Shown here in pieces: positions 28,303-37,719 of a stretch of 64,000 nt of DNA. The stretch is from assembly GCA_015065455.1 (NCBI GenBank), contig SVQI01000003.1, positions 17,463-81,462 on the forward strand, read 5' to 3'. The translations under genes and the position numbers were made by a program. This stretch comes from Oscillospiraceae bacterium. GTDB lineage: Bacteria > Bacillota > Clostridia > Oscillospirales > CAG-272. A model generated the notes under the pieces. The model was not told the DNA's origin and ran no database searches. It saw only the letters and a program-made list of their open reading frames with translations. The number at the start of each line of letters is the position of its first letter. The stretch's first letter is position 1.

Positions 28303-31053
28303 ATGAATCAGAAAAATAACCAGAATAATACACCAAAAAAGAATATAACTTCTTCTACAAAAAAGAAAAAGTTGAACATTCTTTCTTTGGTTGGTGAAAA
28401 ATTAAAGAAAAAGACTGCAAAACCCAAAAAGGACAAAAAAAGAGAGAAAACAGGAGAAGTAAACACTGCAAAAAAAGTGTTTAGTACTATTGCGATAGTT
28501 CTTCTTACCATACTCCTTGTAGCGTGTATTACGGGTACGATTGTTGTCGGCGCTTTTGCTGTATATATCAAAAAATATATAGACCCTGTAATTGAAGATT
28601 TTGATATGATTTCTACTGATCAGAAGCTTTCGTCAAAAATCTATTATATGGATTACACAGACAGAGAGAATCGAATCGGAACTGCAGTGGAGCTCGATGA
28701 CGAGAGACTTTACGGATCTGAAAATCGTGTTTGGGTAAGCTTTGACGAGATGCCCACATATCTTTATGAAGCGTTTATTTCTATTGAAGATGAACGTTTC
28801 TGGGTTCACGACGGTGTTGACTGGAAGAGAACTATCGGAGCTACATTCTTCTTCTTTACGGGAACTGATAACTATGGCGGCTCGACTATAACACAGCAGC
28901 TTATAAAAAATATAACAGGCGAGAAAGACGTAAGAATTCAGCGTAAGCTTCAGGAAATTATGAGAGCGCTGTATCTTGACAAGACTAAGGATAAGACGGA
29001 AATTCTCGAATTGTATCTTAATACGATTTATCTTTCGCAGGGATGCTACGGTGTTCAAGCGGCGGCAAACGTGTATTTTGGCAAGAGTGTAAGTGAATTA
29101 ACGCTTGTAGAATGCGCAGCATTGGCGTCTATCACTCAGGCTCCTACAAAATGGGACCCGATACAGAATCCCGATAATAACGAGTTCAGACGTAAGACTG
29201 TTCTTGATAAGATGTATGAGCTTGGAAAAATAACATATAGTGAATACCAGGAAGCCAGAAACCAAGACCTTCAGCTTGTGGATTATAAGGGAGATGTAGG
29301 CGGAGAGGTTACCGATAATGATGAGAAATATAATTCATGGTATACCGATGCTGTTATAAAATCTGTAGTTGAGCGTCTTGTGGAAGAAAAAGGTTACCCC
29401 GAAAACCTTGCTTATAATATGATATATTCGGGCGGACTTAAAATATATACTGTAATGGATCCCGATATTCAGGCGGCGCTTGATAAGGTTTACGTAGAAA
29501 ACAGCAGTGTTTTCCAGGATGACAGATTCAGTGGAATTCTTAAACCGGAATCATCTATGGTTATTATACATCCCACGACGGGAGACGTTCTCGGCATTGC
29601 CGGAGGACGTGGCAAGAAACAGGGAAATTTGATTTTGAACTATGCAACTCAAACAACAAGATCTCCAGGTTCATCAATCAAACCTCTTACCGTGTATGCT
29701 CCTGCTCTTGAATCGGGTATAATCACCTACGGTTCTGTTTATGACGACGTTCCTGTAAACTATGATACCGGAAAATATACAGTAGACGAGGATGGCAAGG
29801 TAACTTACGTATGTCCTGAAACAGGAATCAAAGTAATTAAAGATCGCGGATGGCCTGCAAACTTGCCGGATACTTATGACGGTCTTGTAGATATGAATTA
29901 TGCGTTACAGGTGTCAAAGAATACCATTTCCGTGCGCGTGCTTCAGGATCTGACTTGTGAAGCGTCGTTTGATTTTGCAAAAAATAAGCTTCATATGCAT
30001 AGCTTGATAGAAAAGCTTCAGCTTTCAAATGGACAATGGATTTCCGATAAAGGACTTTCTGCACTGGCTCTTGGTGAAATGAACTACGGTGTAACAAACC
30101 TTGAGATCACAGCAGCTTACAGCATTTTTACAAACAGAGGTGTATACAATGAACCTCGTCTGTTTGTGCAGGTTCTTGATTCTGAGGATAACGTTGTACT
30201 TGACGACAATAAAGAAAGCTCGATCGTTTTGAGCGAACAGAATTCATACCTTATGACGTTGATGCTTAAAAATGTTGTTGATAAAGGTACTGCAAGTGCA
30301 GCAACTTTGAAACAGAAGGTTAACGTTGCAGGTAAAACAGGTACAACAAACAGCAACCACGATAAATGGTTTATAGGATATACTCCTTATCTTTTGGGCG
30401 GTGTTTGGTTTGGATATTCAGAGCCTGACGAGTTAACAAAAGCATCTGGTAACCCTGCAGTTGCGATATGGAACGAGGTTATGACCATAGCGCATCAGAA
30501 ATATTTTGATGAGGCTGCGGCAAACGGCACGGAAATTAAGAAATTTGAAGAACCGAGCGGTATTGTTACGTATAAAGTTTGTAAGGACTCGGGAATGCTT
30601 ATGACAGAAGCGTGTCGTGCAGACCCGAGAGGAAGCAGAGAAACTGTTGCTTATTATGCATCAACTAACGTGCCTACAAAATTCTGCGACTGTCACGTAT
30701 TGGTTGAATATGATAAGTCGACGTCAGCCATAGCTTGTAGTGGCTGTCCTTCCGAAAGTGTTGTCAGAATCGGGCTTTTAAAGATAAATGACAGAAACTT
30801 CCCAAGACAAGTTAAGGTAAGGGATGCGCAGTATACCTATCGTAATATCAGCAATACTATACCGCTTCCAAATAATAATAACCTGCCTTTCTATACCAAT
30901 GCTTTGGGAGATAAATTCTCGGGTATTACCGGAAATGGAGAACAGTTCAACCGCGCTTGCTATAAGCACTATACAGCGCCGCAAATTCCGGATAATCCGG
31001 TAACTCCCGCGGCAGAGCAGGATCTTCCTCCCAATAAAAAAGCAGAAGAATAA
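28303..31053 (+). CDS. class A penicillin-binding protein (glycosyltransferase GT51 + transpeptidase) with a long Cys-rich C-terminal extension
   Basis: GT51 motifs IEDERFWVHDGVD and GGSTITQQL. Transpeptidase motifs SPGSSIKP (SxxK), SKN and KTGTT. N-terminal Lys-rich tail plus one TM. Confidence 0.9.
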   Translation: MNQKNNQNNTPKKNITSSTKKKKLNILSLVGEKLKKKTAKPKKDKKREKTGEVNTAKKVFSTIAIVLLTILLVACITGTIVVGAFAVYIKKYIDPVIEDFDMISTDQKLSSKIYYMDYTDRENRIGTAVELDDERLYGSENRVWVSFDEMPTYLYEAFISIEDERFWVHDGVDWKRTIGATFFFFTGTDNYGGSTITQQLIKNITGEKDVRIQRKLQEIMRALYLDKTKDKTEILELYLNTIYLSQGCYGVQAAANVYFGKSVSELTLVECAALASITQAPTKWDPIQNPDNNEFRRKTVLDKMYELGKITYSEYQEARNQDLQLVDYKGDVGGEVTDNDEKYNSWYTDAVIKSVVERLVEEKGYPENLAYNMIYSGGLKIYTVMDPDIQAALDKVYVENSSVFQDDRFSGILKPESSMVIIHPTTGDVLGIAGGRGKKQGNLILNYATQTTRSPGSSIKPLTVYAPALESGIITYGSVYDDVPVNYDTGKYTVDEDGKVTYVCPETGIKVIKDRGWPANLPDTYDGLVDMNYALQVSKNTISVRVLQDLTCEASFDFAKNKLHMHSLIEKLQLSNGQWISDKGLSALALGEMNYGVTNLEITAAYSIFTNRGVYNEPRLFVQVLDSEDNVVLDDNKESSIVLSEQNSYLMTLMLKNVVDKGTASAATLKQKVNVAGKTGTTNSNHDKWFIGYTPYLLGGVWFGYSEPDELTKASGNPAVAIWNEVMTIAHQKYFDEAAANGTEIKKFEEPSGIVTYKVCKDSGMLMTEACRADPRGSRETVAYYASTNVPTKFCDCHVLVEYDKSTSAIACSGCPSESVVRIGLLKINDRNFPRQVKVRDAQYTYRNISNTIPLPNNNNLPFYTNALGDKFSGITGNGEQFNRACYKHYTAPQIPDNPVTPAAEQDLPPNKKAEE

Positions 31054-31073
31054 TTCTGGTTGAATAAAACAAT

Positions 31074-31113
31074 AAATCACCTCATATAAATCAAAATGAG
31101 GTGATTTTATTTT
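31074..31113 (+). terminator. intrinsic terminator after the PBP gene; its 3' arm contains the tspO Shine-Dalgarno
   Basis: A 12-bp perfect stem AAATCACCTCAT (31074-31085) / ATGAGGTGATTT (31096-31107) with a 10-nt loop, followed by TATTTT. Confidence 0.7.
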
Positions 31114-31615
31114 GAATAATAATTTAAAAACAGAAACAAACGATAATCTTAATATCAAATATATCACGTTATTTGCGATATCATTTTTGGTTTTGGGATT
31201 TTTTTCAGCGGTTTTAGCGGGGGATACTTCATTATATGGAGAGCTGGTCAGACCGCCATTGTCTCCGCCACCGATCGTATTCGGAATTGTGTGGTCGATA
31301 CTTTATGTGATAATTGGCGGAGTTACGGGTGCTGTTTATTCATTCGATGGAGAATACGACCCTAAGGATAGGGAAAATGCGCTTTGGTTTATGTGCTTGG
31401 GGTTTGTATTCAATTTGTTGTGGTCTCCTCTATATTTTGGTAAAGGACAGCTTCTTGCTGCTTTGATTGATATAGCAGTTATGTTTGTTTTGACTCTGGA
31501 AGCGTATAAGAATATAAACAGAATAAAAAAATTGTATGCATATCTTTTAATTCCTTACCTTGTTTGGTTGTTATTTGCTTTTTATCTTAACCTTGGGACT
31601 ATAATACTTAACTGA
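31112..31615 (+). CDS. tspO: TspO/MBR (tryptophan-rich sensory protein) family membrane protein
   Basis: RPPLSPPPIVFGIVWSILY, W-rich helices and 5 TM in about 165 aa. The only plausible start is the TTG at 31112 (GAGGTGA 9 nt upstream). Confidence 0.75.
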   Translation: MNNNLKTETNDNLNIKYITLFAISFLVLGFFSAVLAGDTSLYGELVRPPLSPPPIVFGIVWSILYVIIGGVTGAVYSFDGEYDPKDRENALWFMCLGFVFNLLWSPLYFGKGQLLAALIDIAVMFVLTLEAYKNINRIKKLYAYLLIPYLVWLLFAFYLNLGTIILN

Positions 31616-31632
31616 AAAAATATGTATTTATA

Positions 31633-31661
31633 TTGACTTTGAAAAAAATAAGTTATATAAT
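31633..31661 (+). promoter_or_regulatory. candidate sigma-A promoter of the HPr-like gene
   Basis: TTGACT (31633-31638), a 17-nt spacer, TATAAT (31656-31661). Confidence 0.55.
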
Positions 31662-31711
31662 AATTGGTGTAAAAGACAGATGTTTATTGAGTTTCGTAAA
31701 GGAGTATAAAT

Positions 31712-31942
31712 ATGACCAGCGTTGAAATTAAACTTGCATCAATTCAGGATATCAGAACGTTTGTTGAGAAGGTATCGCGACACGATATGGAAGTTGACTT
31801 ATCTTCGGGAAGATATATTGTTGATGCGAAGTCCATTATGGGCATATTCAGTCTTGACCTTGCAAATACACTCACCCTCACAGCACACGGTGAGGATTGC
31901 GATGACTTGCTGACTGATCTTTCTGAATATATTGTTAAGTAA
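31712..31942 (+). CDS. HPr-fold (PTS phosphocarrier-like) small protein lacking the His-15 phosphorylation site
   Basis: 76 aa. VDAKSIMGIFSLDL matches the HPr Ser-46 region (V.LKSIMGVMSLG). The region that should read GIHARPA is SIQDIRTF. AAGGAG SD. Confidence 0.65.
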   Translation: MTSVEIKLASIQDIRTFVEKVSRHDMEVDLSSGRYIVDAKSIMGIFSLDLANTLTLTAHGEDCDDLLTDLSEYIVK

Positions 31943-31945
31943 ATA

Positions 31946-31971
31946 AAAACCCCTGTTTTCAGGGGTTTTTT
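31946..31971. terminator. intrinsic terminator after the HPr-like gene
   Basis: AAAAACCCCTG-TTTT-CAGGGGTTTTTT, a perfect hairpin flanked by A and T runs. Confidence 0.85.
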
Positions 31972-32011
31972 ATGTTCAAAAAATAATTTTGAAGTGCATA
32001 ATATGTTTTTG

Positions 32012-32040
32012 TTGACAGTGTCGTTAATGTTTGTTAAAAT
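32012..32040 (+). promoter_or_regulatory. orphan near-consensus promoter facing the 3' end of a convergent gene (possible antisense or small-RNA promoter)
   Basis: TTGACA (32012-32017), a 17-nt spacer, TGtTAAAAT (32035-32040). There is no + strand ORF downstream until 32655. Confidence 0.35.
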
Positions 32041-32076
32041 AAAAATAATCCCATCCGTTATAAAAAAGATGGGAAT
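32041..32076 (-). terminator. intrinsic terminator of the lipoprotein gene
   Basis: A 7-bp stem TCCCATC/GATGGGA (32049-32074). On the minus strand it is followed by TTATTTTTATTTT. Confidence 0.6.
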
Positions 32077-32083
32077 ATTATGT

Positions 32084-32566
32084 TTATTTTTTTAGCATAT
32101 TTTCTACGTCTTTTATTGCATTATCGCGCGGCGCATCGTCAAGAACAATAAATGTGACGTATATACCGAATTTCTGACAGACGGCATTTTGTATTTTTGG
32201 AAGCTCTTCAGGCAGATAATCACTCATCCAGTTATCTTCGAGTGTTTGTAGATATTCATTTGATTGAGTAAGCAATTTTTCTGCATTTTCTTCGGAAGCA
32301 GCTTTAAAAACCCCTATTAAATTAGCGTTCGCTGTTGTGCTTATATATATAACAAAATCTTCTGCGAGGGATGTTTCAATAGGAACATTAAGTGCAACGT
32401 AGTTTTCATCTGCCTCAGTTAATAAAACGTCTTTTGCGTTTTCAATAATTTTAGAGGAAATAGAGTCTACGGATATATCGGTTTTGTAATTTGTTTTTGG
32501 TTCAGCCTTTCCGCACGAAACCAAAACAAACACACAAAGAATAAATAATATTGCTATTCTTTTCAT
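32084..32566 (-). CDS. lipoprotein, DUF4358-like
   Basis: Signal peptide plus lipobox LVSC-G (Cys18). About 160 aa with the IGVFKA...YLPEE...IYVTFIV pattern I associate with DUF4358. GAGGT SD. Confidence 0.6.
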   Translation of the reverse strand: MKRIAILFILCVFVLVSCGKAEPKTNYKTDISVDSISSKIIENAKDVLLTEADENYVALNVPIETSLAEDFVIYISTTANANLIGVFKAASEENAEKLLTQSNEYLQTLEDNWMSDYLPEELPKIQNAVCQKFGIYVTFIVLDDAPRDNAIKDVENMLKK

Positions 32567-32654
32567 ATCTTTACCTCGCTAAATAAAAATCAACGTAAAA
32601 ATTATAACATACATCGGTATGTATTTCAATATTTTGTTTGCAAAAGGAGAAAAA

Positions 32655-33563
32655 ATGAAGAAAAAAGATAGTTCGATCAGAAGTGTTAAATTTTATAATA
32701 TTTATTTTCCTGTATGGGTTTTGATGCTGTTTCCTCTGACATGGCTTATAATAATACCCGGTAATTTTTTGGTTGATAGTTTGGTGTTATTGCTTGGAAT
32801 GTACTTTCTTAAAATAGAAAAAAAGAGCACATTTTATAAAAAATATATATTTTTAATTTTTATATTTAGTTTTCTGGCAGATGTTGTTGGCGGTTTTGTT
32901 ATGGTTATATCTCTGTTCGTGGGCAAAGATAGTGCATTTTTTAATGAGTATATCTCAGAACAGATTGCGAGAAATCCTTTTGATAACGTATATACTTTGA
33001 TATATACTTTTATTGCTGTTATTATTTCCGGTATTATTATTTATGTGCTTAACAGGTTTATTACATTCAGAAAAGAAGAATGTATTAAAACAAAAAGGTT
33101 TTTATCGCTTCTTATTGCTTTTCTGACAGCACCATATTTCTTTTTGCTACCTACGGAGACGATTTACGGCGGACAAGCTGAAAGTTTTACAAATCATATA
33201 GTATGGCAGAGTTATACTTTTGCAGAATTGTACGTATCTGAGGATCCGGATGTTGATATATTAAAAGTAGATGAAGGAGAACACTACAATAATAATTTAG
33301 TTACGGTTTTGCGCGATAGTATTAACACGGCAGATAAATCAAAAATTGCAGAACACGGTGAGTGGAAATATAAGGTCGTTTTTTACAGACTTGGTAAAGA
33401 CAGCGATAAGCTTGATGAGATATTGATATATGAAAAAAATAATGAATTGTATTTTGAGTTTGGTGACAAAAACTACAAGATAAAAGAGGAGTACAGAAAA
33501 GAACTTATCAATGAAATTGAACAAGTTTTAAACCCCTCGGTTGAAGATGAAGGAATTGAATAA
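32655..33563 (+). CDS. integral membrane protein (about 5 TM) with a roughly 130-aa acidic C-terminal soluble domain, function unknown
   Basis: The ATG at 32655 is preceded by AAAGGAGA; the track start at 32619 has no SD. No family recognised. Confidence 0.6.
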   Translation: MKKKDSSIRSVKFYNIYFPVWVLMLFPLTWLIIIPGNFLVDSLVLLLGMYFLKIEKKSTFYKKYIFLIFIFSFLADVVGGFVMVISLFVGKDSAFFNEYISEQIARNPFDNVYTLIYTFIAVIISGIIIYVLNRFITFRKEECIKTKRFLSLLIAFLTAPYFFLLPTETIYGGQAESFTNHIVWQSYTFAELYVSEDPDVDILKVDEGEHYNNNLVTVLRDSINTADKSKIAEHGEWKYKVVFYRLGKDSDKLDEILIYEKNNELYFEFGDKNYKIKEEYRKELINEIEQVLNPSVEDEGIE

Positions 33564-33567
33564 AATA

Positions 33568-33599
33568 AAAAAAGAGAGGCTTTGACCTCTCTTTTTTTA
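33568..33599. terminator. bidirectional intrinsic terminator between the membrane-protein gene (+) and malQ (-)
   Basis: AAAAAAAGAGAGG-CTTTGA-CCTCTCTTTTTTT. Confidence 0.8.
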
Positions 33600-35027
33600 T
33601 CTTGAATATATATGATTCATGTGTTTATATTTTTGAGTATCAATGCTGTCAAGCTGTTGCTTTGTAATTCTGAATGACCAGTTGTTGTCAGCTTTTCCGG
33701 GAATATTAAGCCTTGTGTCTGCGCCAAAACCCATAATATCTTGAATGGGTAATATTACAGTATCAGCGCAACTCATAAACAAAGTTTTTATTATTGTATC
33801 ATAACAATTATTCCATTGTTCGTTACTGTATCCGACATAATCCAACACAGCCTTTCGTGTATAATTATCAAGCTCCCAGATGAAACCGAGTAGGGTGTTG
33901 TTGTCGTGTGTGCCCGTGTATGCTACGAGGTTCTGTTTGAAATTGTGCGGTAAGTGGGGATTTGCATTGTTGCCATCAAATCCAAATTGGAATACAGACA
34001 TACCGGGAAAATCGCTGTATTTCAAAAGATCGTCTACTTTTGAATCAATAAGACCCAAGTTTTCAGCAATTATAAGTCTGTCTCCTGCAATTTCCTTGAT
34101 TACGTCTATCATTTCGTTAGCAGGTCCTTGATACCATTTTCCTTCTTTTGCTGTTTTAGCACCTGCGGGGACTGCCCAGTACTCAGAAAATGCTCTGAAG
34201 TGGTCTATTCTTACACCGTCAAATAGTGTAAGCATATATGATAATCTGTTTTTCCACCAAGTATAACCGTCTTTTTTCATATAATCCCAATTATATATGG
34301 GGTTTCCCCAAAGCTGTCCGTCTTCGGAGAAGTAATCGGGCGGAACGCCTGCGACGCAGGAAGGTTTATTATCTTCATCAAGCAAAAATTGTTTTGTGTT
34401 ATTTCTGACGTCGCAGCTGTCATATGAAACGTAGAAGGGAAGATCACCTATAATTTTTATGCCGTTTATGTTTGCATATATGTGAAGCTTTTCCCATTGT
34501 GTGTGAAAGATATATTGAATAAATTGCCACGCAAAAAGAGTATCGGGTTCGGGTTGAGTTATCGTCCATTTATTCCAAGGCTGACCTTCGTTGGCTTCTT
34601 TTAGAGCCATAAATTCACAGCAATCTGAAATAGATTTATTCTTTTTTATAAAATCATTGATAACGGATTTATCGGTAACTCTTTTAGAGGCCTTTAGAAG
34701 CAAGGAGAAGCGCTCTTCTTTTAATCGTTGAAATTCGCACGCAAATGGTGTTTTTTGTGTGCTTGAAAGAAGCTCGTCTTTTGTGATAAATCCTTCTTTG
34801 TATAGTTGTTCTATATCAATAAAAAACATATTTCCGCCTATTGATGAATAAGACATATAAGGAGAGTTATGTTCGTCTGTTATACAAAAAGGGAGAACCT
34901 GCCAATAGGTAAATCCGCATTTCTTTAAAAAATCGATAAATTCATAAGCGCTTTTTCCAAAATTTCCGCATGAATAATTATTGTAAAGTGAAGATATATG
35001 CATCAAAATTCCGCTTTTTCTGTTCAT
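33597..35027 (-). CDS. malQ: 4-alpha-glucanotransferase (amylomaltase, GH77)
   Basis: RKSGILMHISSLY start typical of MalQ, YFSEDGQLWGNPIYNW, RIDHFRAF and GTHDN. The ATG at 35027 has a GAGGTG SD; the track's 17-aa extension lacks one. Confidence 0.9.
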   Translation of the reverse strand: MNRKSGILMHISSLYNNYSCGNFGKSAYEFIDFLKKCGFTYWQVLPFCITDEHNSPYMSYSSIGGNMFFIDIEQLYKEGFITKDELLSSTQKTPFACEFQRLKEERFSLLLKASKRVTDKSVINDFIKKNKSISDCCEFMALKEANEGQPWNKWTITQPEPDTLFAWQFIQYIFHTQWEKLHIYANINGIKIIGDLPFYVSYDSCDVRNNTKQFLLDEDNKPSCVAGVPPDYFSEDGQLWGNPIYNWDYMKKDGYTWWKNRLSYMLTLFDGVRIDHFRAFSEYWAVPAGAKTAKEGKWYQGPANEMIDVIKEIAGDRLIIAENLGLIDSKVDDLLKYSDFPGMSVFQFGFDGNNANPHLPHNFKQNLVAYTGTHDNNTLLGFIWELDNYTRKAVLDYVGYSNEQWNNCYDTIIKTLFMSCADTVILPIQDIMGFGADTRLNIPGKADNNWSFRITKQQLDSIDTQKYKHMNHIYSR

Positions 35028-35148
35028 AAATTTTAACACCTCAAGTGTTATTTTAATACAAAAAATAAAAATAATCAATATATTTACGGTTTTATGTTAA
35101 AATATTAAAAAAATTTGTACATTTTTTGAAGTTTTTTCCAAGAATGAG

Positions 35149-35177
35149 TTGAAATTTTTATAAATATATTATATAAT
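35149..35177 (+). promoter_or_regulatory. candidate sigma-A promoter of glgC, giving a roughly 190-nt leader
   Basis: TTGAAA (35149-35154), a 17-nt spacer, TATAAT (35172-35177). Confidence 0.45.
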
Positions 35178-35373
35178 AAATACAAGAGATATAGTTGTTT
35201 ATCGTATTTTTTTGGATAAAATGCAAAATACATTAAAGGACTGTGGATCACAATTTATTGTTTTTGCTGTTTTTTAAAAATACGGTTTTTTATTATATCA
35301 CAAAATAATTTAAAATATCTGTCTTTACAGACAGTTTTCTAAAAAGAAAAATAACTGATTTGGAGGAAATATC

Positions 35374-36561
35374 ATGTTATTCCGAAAAAAAGATTGCATC
35401 GCAATGATCCTGGCAGGAGGCCAGGGAAGTCGTTTAATGGTTTTGACCGAAAACACAGCAAAGCCCGCTGTGCCCTTTGGTGGAAAATACAGGTTGATCG
35501 ATTTCCCACTATCAAACTGTATCCATTCGGGTATTGACACGGTGGGAATTCTTACACAGTATCAACCGCTTCAGCTTAATGAATATATCGGCAACGGTAT
35601 GCCGTGGGGACTTAACAGTTCTAACGGTGGTATTCACGTTTTATCCCCGTACTCCAAGAGCGAGAGCTCGGAGTGGTACAAGGGCACTGCTAATGCGATA
35701 TTCCAGAATATATCGTTCATAGACAGATACGATCCTGATAACGTGCTTATTCTTTCGGGAGACCATATTTACAAGATGGATTATGCCGAAATGCTTCGTG
35801 CCCACAACAAGAAGAAAGCTGATTGTACTATTGCCGTGCTTGACGTTCCGATCGAAGAAGCGTCAAGATTTGGAATTATGAATACCAAGGGAGACGGTAG
35901 GGTAATTGAATTTGAGGAAAAACCCAAAAATCCTAAGAGCACAAAAGCTTCGATGGGTATATATATATTCAAGTGGAGCGTTCTCAGAAAATATCTTATA
36001 GCCGATAATGAAGATCCTACGTCAAATAACGACTTTGGAAAGAATATTATTCCGAAGCTTATCGATGATCAGTATAAACTGTTCGCTTATTCCTTTGAAG
36101 GATATTGGAAGGACGTTGGAACTATAGACAGCTTGTGGCAGTCAAATATGGATATATTGGGAGATGATCCTGAATTTGACTTATTTGACGGAGAAAAAAT
36201 TTATTCAAGGAACTACGCTCATCCTTCATCATATATTGCGAAAGGCGCTAAGATAGTTAACTCGTATATTGCTGAGGGAAGCACAGTTTACGGAAACGTA
36301 TATAATTCAATCATATCTACGGGTTGTACAGTTGGCAAGAATGCAGAAATATCAAACAGCTTTGTAATGCCTAATGCGCAGATCGGAAGAAATTCTGTTA
36401 TTAAGTATGCAATAATCGGCGAAGATTCGGTTGTTAATGCCAATGCAAGAATTGGAGATTTGCCCGAGTTTTACGATAAGAGTAAATGGGGAATTGCTGT
36501 TGTAGGTAAGGATAAGGTTGTCCCTCAGAACAGAATTCTTTTACCTAAAGAGATATTCTGA
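35374..36561 (+). CDS. glgC: glucose-1-phosphate adenylyltransferase
   Basis: [27 protein letters not shown] and a left-handed beta-helix C-terminus. GGAGG SD. Confidence 0.95.
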   Translation: MLFRKKDCIAMILAGGQGSRLMVLTENTAKPAVPFGGKYRLIDFPLSNCIHSGIDTVGILTQYQPLQLNEYIGNGMPWGLNSSNGGIHVLSPYSKSESSEWYKGTANAIFQNISFIDRYDPDNVLILSGDHIYKMDYAEMLRAHNKKKADCTIAVLDVPIEEASRFGIMNTKGDGRVIEFEEKPKNPKSTKASMGIYIFKWSVLRKYLIADNEDPTSNNDFGKNIIPKLIDDQYKLFAYSFEGYWKDVGTIDSLWQSNMDILGDDPEFDLFDGEKIYSRNYAHPSSYIAKGAKIVNSYIAEGSTVYGNVYNSIISTGCTVGKNAEISNSFVMPNAQIGRNSVIKYAIIGEDSVVNANARIGDLPEFYDKSKWGIAVVGKDKVVPQNRILLPKEIF

Positions 36562-36606
36562 ATCTGAAAATAAGAAAATACTTGAACAGAAAGGTAGAAT
36601 GTTGCC

Positions 36607-37719
36607 ATGAAAGCTATGGGAATAATTTTTTCAAATATATATGACAGCACGTTAGGTGAGCTTACAAACCACAGAACAGTTGCTTCGTTGCCTTTTGGAG
36701 GTAGATATAGACAGATTGACTTTATTTTGTCAAATTTATCAAATTCAGGCATATATAAAGTTGGTCTTATTACAAAATATAATTACCGTTCGCTTATGGA
36801 CCATCTTGGCTCCGCGGCAGACTGGGATTTAAGACGTAAAAATGAAGGACTTGTAATACTTCCCCCGTTTGCAAGTGGAAATACGGGTGTATATAAGGGT
36901 AAGCTTGAGGCTTTGTATTCCGCAGTATCATTTATAGACAATCCTTATTACGATTACGTAGTTGTATGCGATACTACCGTTTTGTGTAATATTGATTTTA
37001 AACCTGCTATTGAAAATCATATTAAATCAGGTGCTGACGTAACGGTTATTTCAAATCGTGAATTAAATGATAATGCAAAGAAGCATCCTTTGATAATATA
37101 TGCTGACAAGAAGGGAAAGGCAGAATCTGTTTTGGTAGATTCCCCCTCGGACGAGTTGGCTTACGTTGGAATGGGTATGTTCATAATTAAAAGACAGTTG
37201 CTTGTTGATGCAATAAATGAATCTCATTCAAAGGGATACGTTCATTTTGAAAAGGACTATTTGCAGAGACATTTTAATGACGGAACTTTAAAGATTTCTG
37301 TATATGAGTTTAAAGGAACGGTTCTTAGAAATGAAAATATAAAGAGCTACTACGCAAACAATATGGCTCTTCTTCAGGAAAAGACCAGAAATGGTTTGTT
37401 TGGTAAGAATCCTATTTATACAAAGGTAAGAGATGAAATGCCTACTTATTATGGAGAAGGCTCAAAAATTGCCAACTGTATTATTGCAGACGGTTGTAAA
37501 CTTCACGGAGAAGTCAGTGACAGTATTCTTTTCAGAGATGTAACCGTAAATGAGGGTGCACAGATCAAAGGCAGTATTATTATGCAGGGAACAAGAGTAG
37601 GTAAAAATGCAAAGCTTGAGTGCGTAATAATAGATAAGAACGTAACAGTAACAGAAAATGCAGAATTAAAAGGCACACCGGAGCATCCGGTTATAGTTAA
37701 AAAAGGAGAGACAGTATGA
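36607..37719 (+). CDS. glgD: glucose-1-phosphate adenylyltransferase regulatory subunit GlgD
   Basis: A paralogue of GlgC that lacks the GGxGxRL motif (MGIIFSNIYDS...LPFGGRYRQIDF), positioned between glgC and glgA as in Firmicutes. Confidence 0.85.
   Translation: MKAMGIIFSNIYDSTLGELTNHRTVASLPFGGRYRQIDFILSNLSNSGIYKVGLITKYNYRSLMDHLGSAADWDLRRKNEGLVILPPFASGNTGVYKGKLEALYSAVSFIDNPYYDYVVVCDTTVLCNIDFKPAIENHIKSGADVTVISNRELNDNAKKHPLIIYADKKGKAESVLVDSPSDELAYVGMGMFIIKRQLLVDAINESHSKGYVHFEKDYLQRHFNDGTLKISVYEFKGTVLRNENIKSYYANNMALLQEKTRNGLFGKNPIYTKVRDEMPTYYGEGSKIANCIIADGCKLHGEVSDSILFRDVTVNEGAQIKGSIIMQGTRVGKNAKLECVIIDKNVTVTENAELKGTPEHPVIVKKGETV

Noticed and set aside
35221-35277. 18-codon ORF (MQNTLKDCGSQFIVFAVF) in the glgC leader.
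   Set aside because: It has no convincing SD (only GGAT). It is too short and unremarkable to call without conservation data.
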